Below are positions 48,434 to 58,804 of a stretch of 64,000 nucleotides of DNA, piece after piece. The DNA is from an uncultured Gemmatimonadaceae bacterium. GTDB taxonomy: Bacteria; Gemmatimonadota; Gemmatimonadetes; Gemmatimonadales; Gemmatimonadaceae. Below the pieces are notes generated by a model. The model was not told the origin of the DNA and ran no database searches. It saw only the letters and a list, made by a program, of their open reading frames with translations. The translations under genes were made by a program, and so were the position numbers. The stretch covers positions 32,001 to 96,000 of the forward strand of contig CAVVTZ010000008.1 of NCBI GenBank assembly GCA_963751275.1. The letters are read 5' to 3'. The stretch's first letter is position 1, and each line of letters starts with the position of its first letter.

Positions 48434-51055
48434 ATGTCCAACGTCGCAAAGCTGAAGAAACGGGCGCTCGAATACGAGCAGAAGAAGCAGTTCGATAAGG
48501 CGCTCGACACCTACGCGCTCGTCCTCGCGGAACTCGACGATCACATCGACGAGGCCGATGTGGCGCTATATAACCGCGTCGGTGATCTGTTGCTCCGGAA
48601 GGGCGACGTCAGCGAGGCGGTGGACCACTACGAGAAGGCCGTCGACCTCTACATCGACGGCGGATTCCTCAACAACGCCATCGCGCTCTGCAACAAGATC
48701 CTGCGCAATGCGCCCGGGCGGAACACGGTCTATTACAAGCTCGGCAAGATCAGCGCGCAGAAGGGATTCATCAACGACGCGAAACAGAACTTCGTCGAGT
48801 ACGCCGACCGCATGCAGCGGGCGGGGAATCTGGAGGAGGCGTTCCGCGCGCTGAAGGAACTCGCGGACCTGTGCCCGGGCCTCGATGACATCCGCCTGAT
48901 GCTCGCGGATCAGCTCGTGAAGAAGGATCGCAAGTCCGAGGCGATCGAACAGCTGCAGACGCTGTACAACAAGTTCACCGCCGAGGGGCGCACGAAGGAA
49001 GCGCGCGCGACGGTGGACCGCATGAAGGCGATCGACGGATCGCTCGAGCCGACCGCCGGCGCGGCGCGCCCGACGCCGCGCGCGAACGACTTGATCTTCC
49101 TCGACGTCGACTATGACGCGAACGGCGCGGGGACGAAGGGCGCGCCGCCGCGGCGCCCCGCAGCGCCGGAGCCGCAGGTGACGGAGATCGTGCTCGATCC
49201 CGACCTGCCGCTCATCGACGGCGCGGCCGCGGCCGCCGCCGCCGACGCGATCGAGGGGCTCACTCACGGCGCGGACCTCGGCAGCGGCAAGGATGACGAG
49301 CACGACGTCATCGTCAGCAATGTGGACTCCGGCCTGATCACGGGCTTCTTGGAGGCGGTGCATCCGGAAGTCGAGGACGCCGGGAAGGGATCGATCGAGG
49401 GAATCTCCGGCATCGAGCACACGGCGCACGCGGAGCCGGCGAGCGCCGAGGCGGATGTCGAACTGCCGATGCTCGATCTCCCCGACGAGCTGATGGGCGC
49501 GGAAGATGAGGAAGAGCCGCCCACGATCGAGCGCGCGACCAGCGGCCTCACGCTCATCATGCCGGACGACGACATCGTGCCGCCGCCCGCCAAGGCGCCG
49601 CCGAAGACGGAGAAGCCGAAGGCGCCCGAGCCGGCGAAGGTCGAAGCGCCCGCCGCCAAGAAGGAGCCGCCGCCGGCCGCCGCGAAGGCGGAGCCGCCGG
49701 CGCCGCCCAAGGCCGAGGCGCCCGCGCGCAAGTCAGAGCCCGTCACCGATCCGAAGAAGGGACGCCGCAGCACGCCGGCGATCCTGCCGGACCTCAAGGG
49801 CCTCGAGGAGGACGGCGTGTCGGTGATCGACGCCGTGTTCGCGCAGGGCATCGGCAACACCGTGGACGAACTGCGCGAGCGCGCGCTGCACGAGCCCGAG
49901 AACTGGAGCCTGCGCCGCGAGCTGGGGGAGGCGCTGCTCGAGAATGGCGAGCGGGCGGCCGGCCTCAAGGCGCTCGAGGAAGCGATGGCCGGGCTCGAGC
50001 GCGCGGGCGAGTTCGCCGGCGCCAGCAGCGTCGCCGAGGAGCTGCTGCGCGTCGACCCGAATTCGGTGCACTATCACCAGAAGCGCGTCGAATACGCGGT
50101 GCGGTCGAACGACCGGCCGCGACTCGTGGACGCGTACCTCGCGCTCGCGGAGTGTCTCTTCCGCAGCGGCCAACTCGACAAGTCGAAGGCGGTGTACGGC
50201 CGCGTGCTCGAGCTCGCGCCCGACGATGCGCGCGCCCAGTCCGCGATGCGTGAAGCGTTCGGCACGCGCGAGATGTCGAAGGCGATGATCCAGGAGGCGG
50301 CGGCCGCGGCGATCGCGAAGGACGCCGCGTCCAAGGCGCCGGTCGCGCCGCCGCTGGCGCCGCCGCCCGCGCCGCCCGTCGCGGCGAACGGCGCATCGGC
50401 CGCGCCACCCGCGCCCGCCGCGCCGCCCGCCCCGAAGCGCAAGTCGGAGCCGACGCCGGTGCCCGCGCGCGCGGCCGTGCCGCCGCCCGTCGAGGAGCCG
50501 CCCAAGCGTCCCGTCACGCCGCGCCGCGAGAGCTTCGTGAACCTCTCCGATTGGCTGCGTGACGACGAGCCGGAGAAGAACACCCGCATCGTCTCCGCGA
50601 ACACGGAAACGCCCAGCGAGCAGGTGGGCTTCGCCGAGATGCTCACGATGTTCAAGCAGGGCGTCGCCGCGAACGTCGAGGACACCGACCACGAGAGCCA
50701 CTACGATCTCGGCGTCGCGTACAAGGAGATGGGGCTGCTCGACGAAGCGATCTCCGAGTTCCAGAAGGCGCTGCGCGGCACCGAGCAGCGCGTGCGCACG
50801 TACGAGGCGCTCGGCCAATGCTTCGTGGAGAAACGGCAGTACCAGATCGCGCTCACGATCCTCGCGCGCGCGCTGAGCGACAAGGACACGCCCGACGAGA
50901 CGCTCGTCGGCGTGCTCTATCTGCTCGGCTACGCGTCCGAGTCCCTCGGCCAGATGGACGAGGCGCTCAAGTACTACGAGCGCGTCTTCGCGCAGGACAT
51001 CCAGTTCCGCGACATCGGCGAACGGCTCGCCGCCACCGAGCGCAAAGCCCGGTGA
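48434..51055 (+). CDS. Large cytoplasmic TPR protein (N-terminal, central and C-terminal TPR clusters with acidic/Pro-rich linkers; SgmX-like architecture)
   Basis: N-terminal TPRs (YNRVGDL, AVDLY..GGF.NNAIA); C-terminal SHYDLGVAYKEMGLLDEAISEFQ. Confidence 0.8.
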   Translation: MSNVAKLKKRALEYEQKKQFDKALDTYALVLAELDDHIDEADVALYNRVGDLLLRKGDVSEAVDHYEKAVDLYIDGGFLNNAIALCNKILRNAPGRNTVYYKLGKISAQKGFINDAKQNFVEYADRMQRAGNLEEAFRALKELADLCPGLDDIRLMLADQLVKKDRKSEAIEQLQTLYNKFTAEGRTKEARATVDRMKAIDGSLEPTAGAARPTPRANDLIFLDVDYDANGAGTKGAPPRRPAAPEPQVTEIVLDPDLPLIDGAAAAAAADAIEGLTHGADLGSGKDDEHDVIVSNVDSGLITGFLEAVHPEVEDAGKGSIEGISGIEHTAHAEPASAEADVELPMLDLPDELMGAEDEEEPPTIERATSGLTLIMPDDDIVPPPAKAPPKTEKPKAPEPAKVEAPAAKKEPPPAAAKAEPPAPPKAEAPARKSEPVTDPKKGRRSTPAILPDLKGLEEDGVSVIDAVFAQGIGNTVDELRERALHEPENWSLRRELGEALLENGERAAGLKALEEAMAGLERAGEFAGASSVAEELLRVDPNSVHYHQKRVEYAVRSNDRPRLVDAYLALAECLFRSGQLDKSKAVYGRVLELAPDDARAQSAMREAFGTREMSKAMIQEAAAAAIAKDAASKAPVAPPLAPPPAPPVAANGASAAPPAPAAPPAPKRKSEPTPVPARAAVPPPVEEPPKRPVTPRRESFVNLSDWLRDDEPEKNTRIVSANTETPSEQVGFAEMLTMFKQGVAANVEDTDHESHYDLGVAYKEMGLLDEAISEFQKALRGTEQRVRTYEALGQCFVEKRQYQIALTILARALSDKDTPDETLVGVLYLLGYASESLGQMDEALKYYERVFAQDIQFRDIGERLAATERKAR

Positions 51056-52056
51056 CGTCCGCCCTCTCGCCCCGCTCGCCCCTCACGCCGGCCCTCAGCG
51101 ACATCCAGGCGCCCGTCCGCGACCGGCTGGAGCTGGTGGCCGAGGAACTGCACCGGGTGGTCGCGGCCGAATTCCCGCTCATCGACGAGGTGAACGGGCA
51201 TCTGCTCTTGATGAAGGGGAAGATGTTCCGCCCGACGCTCACGCTCCTCGCGAGCGCGGCCGCCGGCCGCCCCGAGCCGCGCGCGGTGACGCTGGCCGCC
51301 GTCGTCGAGCTCGTGCACCTCGCCACGCTCGTGCACGACGACTCGGTGGACCACTCGGCGCTGCGGCGCGGCATGCCCACGATCAATTCGCTCTTCAGTC
51401 ACCAGGTGTCGGTGATCATGGGCGATTTCCTGTACTCGCGCGCCGTCGTGGAACTCGTGCGCAACGGGGATCTCGAGGTGCTCGGCGTGCTCGCGGACGC
51501 GACCAACGCGATGACCGTCGGCGAGATGCGCCAGCTGACGTCGCTCGACGCGCTCGGATTCTCGGAGGAGGATTACGAGGACCTCATCCGCGCGAAGACG
51601 GCCTCGCTCCTTTCCGCCGCGTGCGCGATCGGCGCGGTCGCCGGCGCGCGCGAGCACCGGGCCGCGCTCGCGCGCTATGGGGAGCAGCTCGGCATGGCGT
51701 TCCAGGTCGCGGATGATCTCCTCGACTACACGTCCGATGAGAGCGTGACGGGCAAGCCGTGCGGCCTCGATCTGCGCGAGCACAAGGTGACGCTGCCGCT
51801 CATCCACGCCCTGCGCGGATTGGGCGGCGCGGCGCGCGATGAGGTCGATGCGCTGTTCGATACCGCCGAGCCGGACGACGCGCAGATCGCACGCGTGATC
51901 GAGATCGTGGCCGACCGCGGCGGGCTCGACTATGCGCGCGAGCGCGGGCTCGAGTACGCGCGCGCCGCGGAATCGGCGCTGGCCGAGCTGCCGGAGACGG
52001 CCGCCGCGGCCTCGCTGCGCGATGCGATCGCGTACGCCCTGGACCGCACGCAGTGA
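51052..52056 (+). CDS. ispB: Polyprenyl diphosphate synthase
   Basis: GK.FRP, ELVHLATLVHDDSVD...RRG, KTASL, AFQVADDLLD, GKP.G.DL.E.K.TLP. Confidence 0.9.
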   Translation: MTSALSPRSPLTPALSDIQAPVRDRLELVAEELHRVVAAEFPLIDEVNGHLLLMKGKMFRPTLTLLASAAAGRPEPRAVTLAAVVELVHLATLVHDDSVDHSALRRGMPTINSLFSHQVSVIMGDFLYSRAVVELVRNGDLEVLGVLADATNAMTVGEMRQLTSLDALGFSEEDYEDLIRAKTASLLSAACAIGAVAGAREHRAALARYGEQLGMAFQVADDLLDYTSDESVTGKPCGLDLREHKVTLPLIHALRGLGGAARDEVDALFDTAEPDDAQIARVIEIVADRGGLDYARERGLEYARAAESALAELPETAAAASLRDAIAYALDRTQ

Positions 52057-52340
52057 TCGCTCCGACGCGCGGCATCGCCCGCCACCGGCCGATGTTCTAC
52101 GGGTGGGTGCTGACCATCGGATTCGTCGTCGGGTGGCTGCTCCAGGAGCTCGGCCGCCGCTTTCTGCCGGTCGGCGCCGTCAAGGAATTCCTGACCGCGG
52201 GGGTGACGGCGCAGCTCGGTGCCATTACTCTTAATCTGGGCATCATCACGTTCGGCCTCGGCCCGCTCGCGATCGACGTGTCCCTGCTCAGCGTCGTCGG
52301 CGTGATCGTCGCCTACCTGATCGCCCGGTCTCTCTTCTGA
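52053..52340 (+). CDS. Small two-TM membrane protein (DUF4321-like)
   Basis: TM, then LNLGIITF..., then a second TM SLLSVVGVIVAYLI. Confidence 0.6.
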   Translation: MIAPTRGIARHRPMFYGWVLTIGFVVGWLLQELGRRFLPVGAVKEFLTAGVTAQLGAITLNLGIITFGLGPLAIDVSLLSVVGVIVAYLIARSLF

Positions 52341-52350
52341 GGATGCTTTC

Positions 52351-52605
52351 ATGTTCAGCAATCTAGGCTTCAGCGAGATCCTGCTCATTCTGCTGGTGAT
52401 CCTGCTGCTCTTCGGCGCCAAGCGGATCCCGGAGATCGCGGGCTCCTTCGGCAAGGGGATCCGCGAGTTCAAGAAGAACATGAATGACATCGGGAACACC
52501 GATCTGACGTCGCCGCCCGAGCGCGACCGTCTGCGTGCGACCGATCAGACCACGAGTGCGAACGCGTCCGAAGAGGCGCGGGCCGAGCCGAAGCGCCTGG
52601 TCTAG
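52351..52605 (+). CDS. tatA: Twin-arginine translocase TatA/E
   Basis: G..EILLILLVILLLFGAKRIPEIA.SFGKGIREFK. Confidence 0.93.
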   Translation: MFSNLGFSEILLILLVILLLFGAKRIPEIAGSFGKGIREFKKNMNDIGNTDLTSPPERDRLRATDQTTSANASEEARAEPKRLV

Positions 52606-52621
52606 TCGCACCCCGGATGCA

Positions 52622-52659
52622 GAACGCCCCCCGGCGGCCAAGGCCGCCGGGGGGCGTTC
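52622..52659. terminator. Hairpin between convergent tatA and ppiD
   Basis: 18-bp inverted repeat GAACGCCCCCCGGCGGCC-AA-GGCCGCCGGGGGGCGTTC. Confidence 0.75.
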
Positions 52660-52676
52660 CACATCGGGGCCATCGA

Positions 52677-54500
52677 TCAGCTCGTCGGCTGGCGCTGCGC
52701 CGCCTGGATCTCCTTCCGCTTGTCGGTGATGCTCGCATTCATGCGCAGGTTCTGCACGTACTGCTGCACCGCCTGCTCGCGGATCCGCTGCTGCACCTGC
52801 AGCCGCTGCTGGACCTTGTCCTTCTCGAACGCCGCGCTGTCCGCCAGGTGGCGCGCGTCCACGCGCTCGACGATCACGGCGGTGGTGGACTTCACCGGCT
52901 CGCCGACCACGTTGAGCGGCAGGCCGAAGGCCGCGCCGATCGCCGCGTTGCCCATGCCGAGCCCCACCACCTGGCTCGAGCGCGAGAAGAACGGGCTCAC
53001 GATCGCCGCGTAACCCGCGGGGATGGCGGCCTGCTCGAGCGTCGAGCCCTTGCTCGCGGCGGCGATCTGCTGCGCCTTGGGCATGAGGAGGTCGAGTTTC
53101 TTCTCCCGCGCGAGCAGCGCGTGGATATCCGGCTTCAGCGCGGCGAGGGTGGGCGCGCCGCCCACGGTGAGCGAGTCGAGCCGCACGAGATAGTACGCGT
53201 CGTCGGCATCGATGAGTTCGCCGATCTCGCCCGGCTTGGGGCCCGAGAACGCCCAGGCGGACGCGCCCGGCACGGCGATCCCGTCGAACGACGCGGCCAC
53301 GCCTTCCTGCACTTTGATCGCGCGGGTCGCGAGTCCGAGCGCCTTGGCCGCGCTGTCGAACACGGACGGATTCGTTGCGCCGCCTGCCTTCGCGAGCTGG
53401 TCGGCGCGACGGTCGGTGGCCGAGGCCGCCGAATCGCCCTGCTGGATGCGGAAGAGGATGTGCGCCGCCGTGGCCGAGTCGCCCTGTTTCGACTCGAGCT
53501 TGATGATGTGGAAGCCGAAGGGCGTGAGCACCGGCCCCGAGATCTCACCCACTTTGAGGGCGAACGCCGCGTCGGTGAACGGCTTCACCATCGTATTCCG
53601 GCCGAACTTGCCCAGCTCACCGCCCTGCGCCGCGCTCCCGGTGTCGGCGGACTCACGCTTCGCGACATCCGCGAACTTCGCGCCCTTGAGGATCTCGGCG
53701 CGCGCGGCCAGTGCGCGGTTGCGCGCGGCGGCGGTGTCGGCCGCGGTGACGAGCCGGGGCAGGCGCGCCACGGAGATCACGGCGTGACCCGGCACATCGG
53801 TCAGCTCCTTCTTGTGCTTCTCGAAGTACGCGGCGATCTCGGCGTCGGATACCTTCACCGCGCTGTCGGGAATGACCGCCGCCGGCAGCGAGACGTACGT
53901 GACCTTGGCGGAGTCGCGCGAATCGCGATAGAGACGCCAGAGCTGGTCGTCGGTGACATAGACGCTCGTGGCGAGCTGCTCGAACAGCTTCGACTTCAGC
54001 AGCCCCTGGCGATAGTAGTCATCGAGCATCGCGAGGAGACCTTCCTGCCTCGCCGCGGGACTCGAGAGATACCGCTGATACTTGTCGCGGTCGAACTGGC
54101 CGTCCGTCTGGAACTCGGCGTTCCGGGCCAGCGGCGGATACGGCTGCTCGATCGCGGCCTGGGCGATCTCCGCGTCCGTGACCGAGATCCCCCGCCGCGC
54201 GTACTCCTGCTGCAGGAGCACGTCATTGACCATCTCGTTGTAGACCCGGTCCTCGATCATGCGGCGCTCATCCGCATTGATCGTATGGCCATTCTGCTCC
54301 TCGGTCTGCTCCCGTTGAGCGATGGCGCGCTGGTACTGGTCGTACGTGATCGCGGTGCCGTTGACCTTCGCGACCGTCGTGCCGGCCGTCACCAGCCGGT
54401 CGCTGAGCCCGGATTGCTGGACGAAGACGAAGCCGATGAGGAACGTTGCGGCGACGAACCACCAGATATACTTGGCGGAAGCTCGCATCCCTTGCAGCAT
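52677..54500 (-). CDS. PpiD/SurA-like membrane-anchored periplasmic chaperone, parvulin PPIase
   Basis: N-terminal TM, VAKVNG..I, SurA-N region, FADVAK..SAD.GSA.QGGELG...MVKPF..AAF...GEIS.PV.T.FGFHIIK. Confidence 0.9.
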   Translation of the reverse strand: MLQGMRASAKYIWWFVAATFLIGFVFVQQSGLSDRLVTAGTTVAKVNGTAITYDQYQRAIAQREQTEEQNGHTINADERRMIEDRVYNEMVNDVLLQQEYARRGISVTDAEIAQAAIEQPYPPLARNAEFQTDGQFDRDKYQRYLSSPAARQEGLLAMLDDYYRQGLLKSKLFEQLATSVYVTDDQLWRLYRDSRDSAKVTYVSLPAAVIPDSAVKVSDAEIAAYFEKHKKELTDVPGHAVISVARLPRLVTAADTAAARNRALAARAEILKGAKFADVAKRESADTGSAAQGGELGKFGRNTMVKPFTDAAFALKVGEISGPVLTPFGFHIIKLESKQGDSATAAHILFRIQQGDSAASATDRRADQLAKAGGATNPSVFDSAAKALGLATRAIKVQEGVAASFDGIAVPGASAWAFSGPKPGEIGELIDADDAYYLVRLDSLTVGGAPTLAALKPDIHALLAREKKLDLLMPKAQQIAAASKGSTLEQAAIPAGYAAIVSPFFSRSSQVVGLGMGNAAIGAAFGLPLNVVGEPVKSTTAVIVERVDARHLADSAAFEKDKVQQRLQVQQRIREQAVQQYVQNLRMNASITDKRKEIQAAQRQPTS

Positions 54501-54687
54501 GGGGCGTGACTCCTGACGGATCGGAAGGGTAGGGTGAAGCGCGATTTGCGCGAGCCGGAAAATCTAGCCGCCCGGGACGCGTAAAATCAAGACAGCGTAT
54601 GACTTCCGATTGACTTGAATCGTCAGATACATGTAATTTCCCGACTCTCTCCTGCCACCCTTCCCGGTGGCAACCCTGAGGGCTTGC

Positions 54688-56762
54688 ATGGCCGAGTCCG
54701 CTCTGATCGAAGATCTCATCAAGCAGTACGGCGAGAACCCGCGGCGCGTGTTCGCGCGGCTGGCCAACGAGTATCGCAAACAGGGGGACCTCGACTCGGC
54801 GATCCAGATCTGCCGCGCCCAGGTGCCCCTTCAGCCGACGTACATCAGCGGCTATATCGTGCTCGGCCAGGCCCTGTTCGAGAGCGGCCAACTCGACGAG
54901 GCGCGGGCGACGTTCGAGGCCGCGATCGGTCTCGATCCGGAGAATCTGATCGCGCTGCGCCAGTTGGGTGATATCGCGCGGCTGGCCGGTGATCTAGAAG
55001 GGGCGCGCGGATGGTACTACCGCCTTCTCGAGGTCGATCCGCAGAATGACGAGGTGGCCGCGCACGTGCGCGCGCTGGAGGTGGCTCCCCCAGCGGCGGC
55101 GGCTGATGCCGCCTCGTCGGAGCCCGTGTCGTGGAGCGACATCAATCCGGAGCGGCCCGTCGCGCCCGCCGCTCCGCTGCCGCCGCTCCCGCGGCTCACC
55201 CTCGGGATGATCCCCGAGGATCTCTCGCAGGAGCCGCCGCGTCCGGTGATGGCGCCCGAGCCGATCGAATTGGAGACGACTGCGGCGTTCATGCCGCCGG
55301 CGCCGCCGGCGCCGCCCGCGCAGCCCGCGCAGCCCGCGCAGCCCGCCTTCGACCCGCCGCCTCCTGCGCCGACCGCAGCCGCTCCCGCGCCGCCCGCACC
55401 GCCTGCGCTCGAGATCACCGGCCTCGAAGAGTTCGCGCAGTTCTCGGCGCCGATCGCGCCGCCGCCGCCGGCGCCGCCGTCGCTGCCGGACATCGCGGCC
55501 TTCGCGCCCACGCAGCCGGATCTGCCGCCGCTCGAGGCGATGACGGGTGAATTCAAGGCGGCTTCCGTGACAAGCCACTCGGCGCCGCCGCAGGCCGGCG
55601 CTGCGGAGGAAGAGGAGCCGCCGTTGTACACGCCGCCGTCGAACGCGCCGGTGATGCGCGAGATGCCGGAGGAGATCCCGTCGCTGCGCGATACGATGAG
55701 CTTCCGGACGCCGCACAGCATCCCGGCGCAGCCGCGCGTCGCGCCGGCGCCGGTGACGCCGCCGGTGACGCCGCCGGTGACGCCGCCGCCCGCCCCGCCG
55801 CAGCCCGTCGCGGATAAGCGTGCGACGGTCGACAATTGGGGATCGGTGACCGATCTCTCCGCCGTCGCTGCCGCACAGTCGCAGGAGGAGGCCTACGATC
55901 CGACCGTCGGCCGCATGCTCGATCTGTCGGTGAATTCCGGCAATGAGATCCCCGCGGCGTTCATGACGGAGACGATGGCCGAGCTGTACCTGCAGCAGGG
56001 CTACCACGACGAGGCGCTGCGGATCTACCGGCAGCTGGCGCAGATGCGCCCCGAGGATCCGTCGCTGAAGGAGCGCATCGCGCGGCTCGAGAAGGGCGCT
56101 CGCTCGAGCGTGTCGGTCGCGGCCTCGATCTCGGAAGACGTGATCTCGGCCGCGCGCGACCGCGCTTCGCGTCCGGCGCAGTCCATCCGCTCCTTCTTCG
56201 GCGGACTCGCCGCACGCAAAGCTCCCGGCGCCACTCCGTCCGCGGCTGCGCCGGCTGTCGCCGCCGCGCCGGTTGCCGTGCCCGTCGCGCCGCCGCCGAT
56301 GCCCGCGCCGCCAATGGCTGCGCCGCCGGTCGTAGCTCCGCCGTTGCCGACGGCCGACAGCCGACCGCCGATGCCCGACATGGGTACCCCCGAGTCCCTC
56401 TCCGCGCTCTTCGACGATCGCTCCGCCGCCGCCGATGACAGCGCCGCCGCGGCACTGGCGGGCGCCTTCAACGAGGACTACGCGACGAGCATCACCACGC
56501 CGTCGTCCGGCCAGCCGTCGCGCGCGCGCGTCGCAGCCGCTCTCGCTGGATGATGTGTTCCGCGGGCAGAAGGCGACGGTCGAGCAGAAGCGCGCAGGGC
56601 GACAACGTGTCGTTCGACGAGTTCTTCTCGCCCCGCGACAGCGGGAACGTGCCCGCGATCCGCAACGGCGGAGCCGATCGCGAGGGCGAGCAGGCGGGCG
56701 GACGCCCGCAGGAAGCGGACCTCGCGCTCTTCCACGATTGGCTGGACGGGCTGAAGAAGTAG
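54688..56762 (+). CDS. TPR protein with long Pro-rich linker (frameshifts near 56530 and 56590)
   Basis: N-terminal FARLANEYRK.G.L..AI..C; TETMAELY.QQG...EA..IY..L; C-terminal DL..F..WL.GLK. Confidence 0.75.
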
Positions 56763-57200
56763 TGCGGATCGCCGTCCTGAACGGACCCAACCTCAATCTG
56801 CTCGGCGTGCGCGAGCCCGAGATCTACGGGCGCGAGACGCTGGCGGATGTCGAGGCGCGCCTCCGCGCGCTGGCCGGGGAGCTGGGCGTCGAGGTGGAGT
56901 TCGCACAGCGGAACGGGGAGGGGGAGCTCGTGGACCTCATCCAGCAGATGCGCGGCCGCGTGGATGGCGCGCTCATCAACGCGGGCGCGTACAGTCACAC
57001 CAGTCTTGCGATCCGCGACGCCTTCAAGAGCGTGAGCGTGCCCTACGTCGAGGTGCACATTCGAACACTTCGCGCGCGAGCCGGAGCGCCGCCGCACGGT
57101 GCTCGCGGGCGGCGCGGTCGCGCTGCTGAGCGGCTTCGGCACGCAGGGATACGACCTCGCGCTTCGCGGGCTCGTCGCGACACTGGGCCGCCGTGGCTGA
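56762..57200 (+). CDS. aroQ: Type II 3-dehydroquinate dehydratase (frameshifted near 57060-57095)
   Basis: LNGPNLNLLG.REPEIYG, NAGAYSHTS.AIRDA, VEVH. Confidence 0.92.
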
Positions 57201-58278
57201 CCACCGCCCCGAACGGCTCGCCGCGCTCCGCGCGCTGCTGGTGAAGGAGCAGATCGACGGCCTGCTGCTCACCTCGCTCCCGAACATCCGCTACCTCACG
57301 GGATTCTCCGGGTCGAATGCGCTCGTGGCGGTGACGGCGAAGAGCCTCGTGCTCATCACCGATTTCCGCTATCAGACGCAGGTGAAGGAAGAGGTGGGCG
57401 ACTTCGCGCGGGTGACCATCGATCTCGCGAGCGTGTGGAACGCGCTCTGGCGGCTGCTGCCGGAATTCGCCGTGAAGACGATGGGCTTCGAGAGCGCGCA
57501 GCTCACGCACCGCGATTTCGCGCGGCTGATGCAGCAGGGCGACAAGTGGCTCTGGCGCCCGACGGTGGACCTCGTGGAGTCGTTGCGCGAACGGAAGGAC
57601 GCGGACGAGATCGCGGCGATCAAGCAAGCCGCCGACTGCGCGACCCTCGCGCTGGAGCGCACGCTGAAGCTCGTGCGGCCGGGGCTCACCGAGCTGCAGG
57701 TGGCCGGCGCGCTCGAGCGCGAATTGCGCGAAGGCGGCAGCACCGGTTTCCCCTTCGAGGCGATCATCGCGTCGGGGCCGCGCTCGGCGCTGCCGCACGC
57801 GCGCGCGAGCGGACGGTCCATTGCGAAGGGCGACTGGCTGCTCTTCGATTTCGGCGCCGTGGTCGATGGCTACGTCTCCGATGTGACCCGGACGTTCGTC
57901 GTGGGCAAGGCGACGAGCGAGCAGCAGACGTTCTACGATGTCGTGCGCGTGGCGAACGAACGGGCTTCCGCCGGCGTACGGCCGGGCATGACATTCCGGG
58001 ATGCCGACGCGCTCGCCCGGAGCTACATTGAGGGGCAAGGTTTCGGGGAATTGTTCGGGCACGGGCTGGGCCATGGCATCGGCCTGGAGGTGCACGAAGC
58101 GCCCCGGCTCTCGAAGATCGCCGATGGCGCGCTGCAGGTCGGCACCGTCGTGACGATCGAGCCCGGGATCTACCGCGCCGGGTGGGGCGGGGTCCGGGTG
58201 GAAGACGATGTGGTGATCGAGGGGGCGCGCTCGCGCATCCTCACCGAGTTCCCGCGCACGTTGATGGAATTGTCGTAA
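57193..58278 (+). CDS. Xaa-Pro peptidase (M24B family)
   Basis: NIRYLTGFSGS, TDFRY, DFGA...GY.SD.TRT, HGLGHGIGLEVHE.P, TIEPGIY, GVRVED. Confidence 0.93.
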   Translation: MADHRPERLAALRALLVKEQIDGLLLTSLPNIRYLTGFSGSNALVAVTAKSLVLITDFRYQTQVKEEVGDFARVTIDLASVWNALWRLLPEFAVKTMGFESAQLTHRDFARLMQQGDKWLWRPTVDLVESLRERKDADEIAAIKQAADCATLALERTLKLVRPGLTELQVAGALERELREGGSTGFPFEAIIASGPRSALPHARASGRSIAKGDWLLFDFGAVVDGYVSDVTRTFVVGKATSEQQTFYDVVRVANERASAGVRPGMTFRDADALARSYIEGQGFGELFGHGLGHGIGLEVHEAPRLSKIADGALQVGTVVTIEPGIYRAGWGGVRVEDDVVIEGARSRILTEFPRTLMELS

Positions 58279-58309
58279 GTTTGCGTTTCACGCGAGAGCC
58301 GAGACGACC

Positions 58310-58804
58310 ATGATCGATCTGCGTTATGTGAAGAAACTGGTGGAGCTGCTCGACAGCTCTTCGGTGGATTCGATCGAGATCTCCACGGACAAGGGGATGA
58401 AGATCCGGATCTCGAAGACGCCGCAGCAGCGCGGCGCGGTGCAGGTGGCCGCGCCGATGGCGATGCCGGCGCTGATGCCGGCACCGTCGCGGCTCACGCC
58501 CACCGATGGCTCGCCGATCGTGTCCGAGACCGACGCGCCCGCCGCGGCGCCCAAGTCCAAGCTCCTCGAGGTGAAGTCGCCGATGGTGGGCACGTTCTAC
58601 CGGTCGCCCGAGCCCGGGGCGGCGCCGTACGTCACCGAGGGCGGGCGCATCGAGAAGGGGCAGAGCCTCTGCATCATCGAGGCGATGAAGATCATGAACG
58701 AGATCGAATCGGAGTACGCGGGCGTCGTGCGCGAGGTGCTGGTGCCGGATGCGCATCCCGTCGAGTACGGACAGGTCCTCTTCCGGATCGACCCCAATGG
58801 CTAA
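58310..58804 (+). CDS. accB: Biotin carboxyl carrier protein
   Basis: SPMVGTFY, IIEAMKIMNEI, VEYGQ.LF. Confidence 0.96.
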   Translation: MIDLRYVKKLVELLDSSSVDSIEISTDKGMKIRISKTPQQRGAVQVAAPMAMPALMPAPSRLTPTDGSPIVSETDAPAAAPKSKLLEVKSPMVGTFYRSPEPGAAPYVTEGGRIEKGQSLCIIEAMKIMNEIESEYAGVVREVLVPDAHPVEYGQVLFRIDPNG

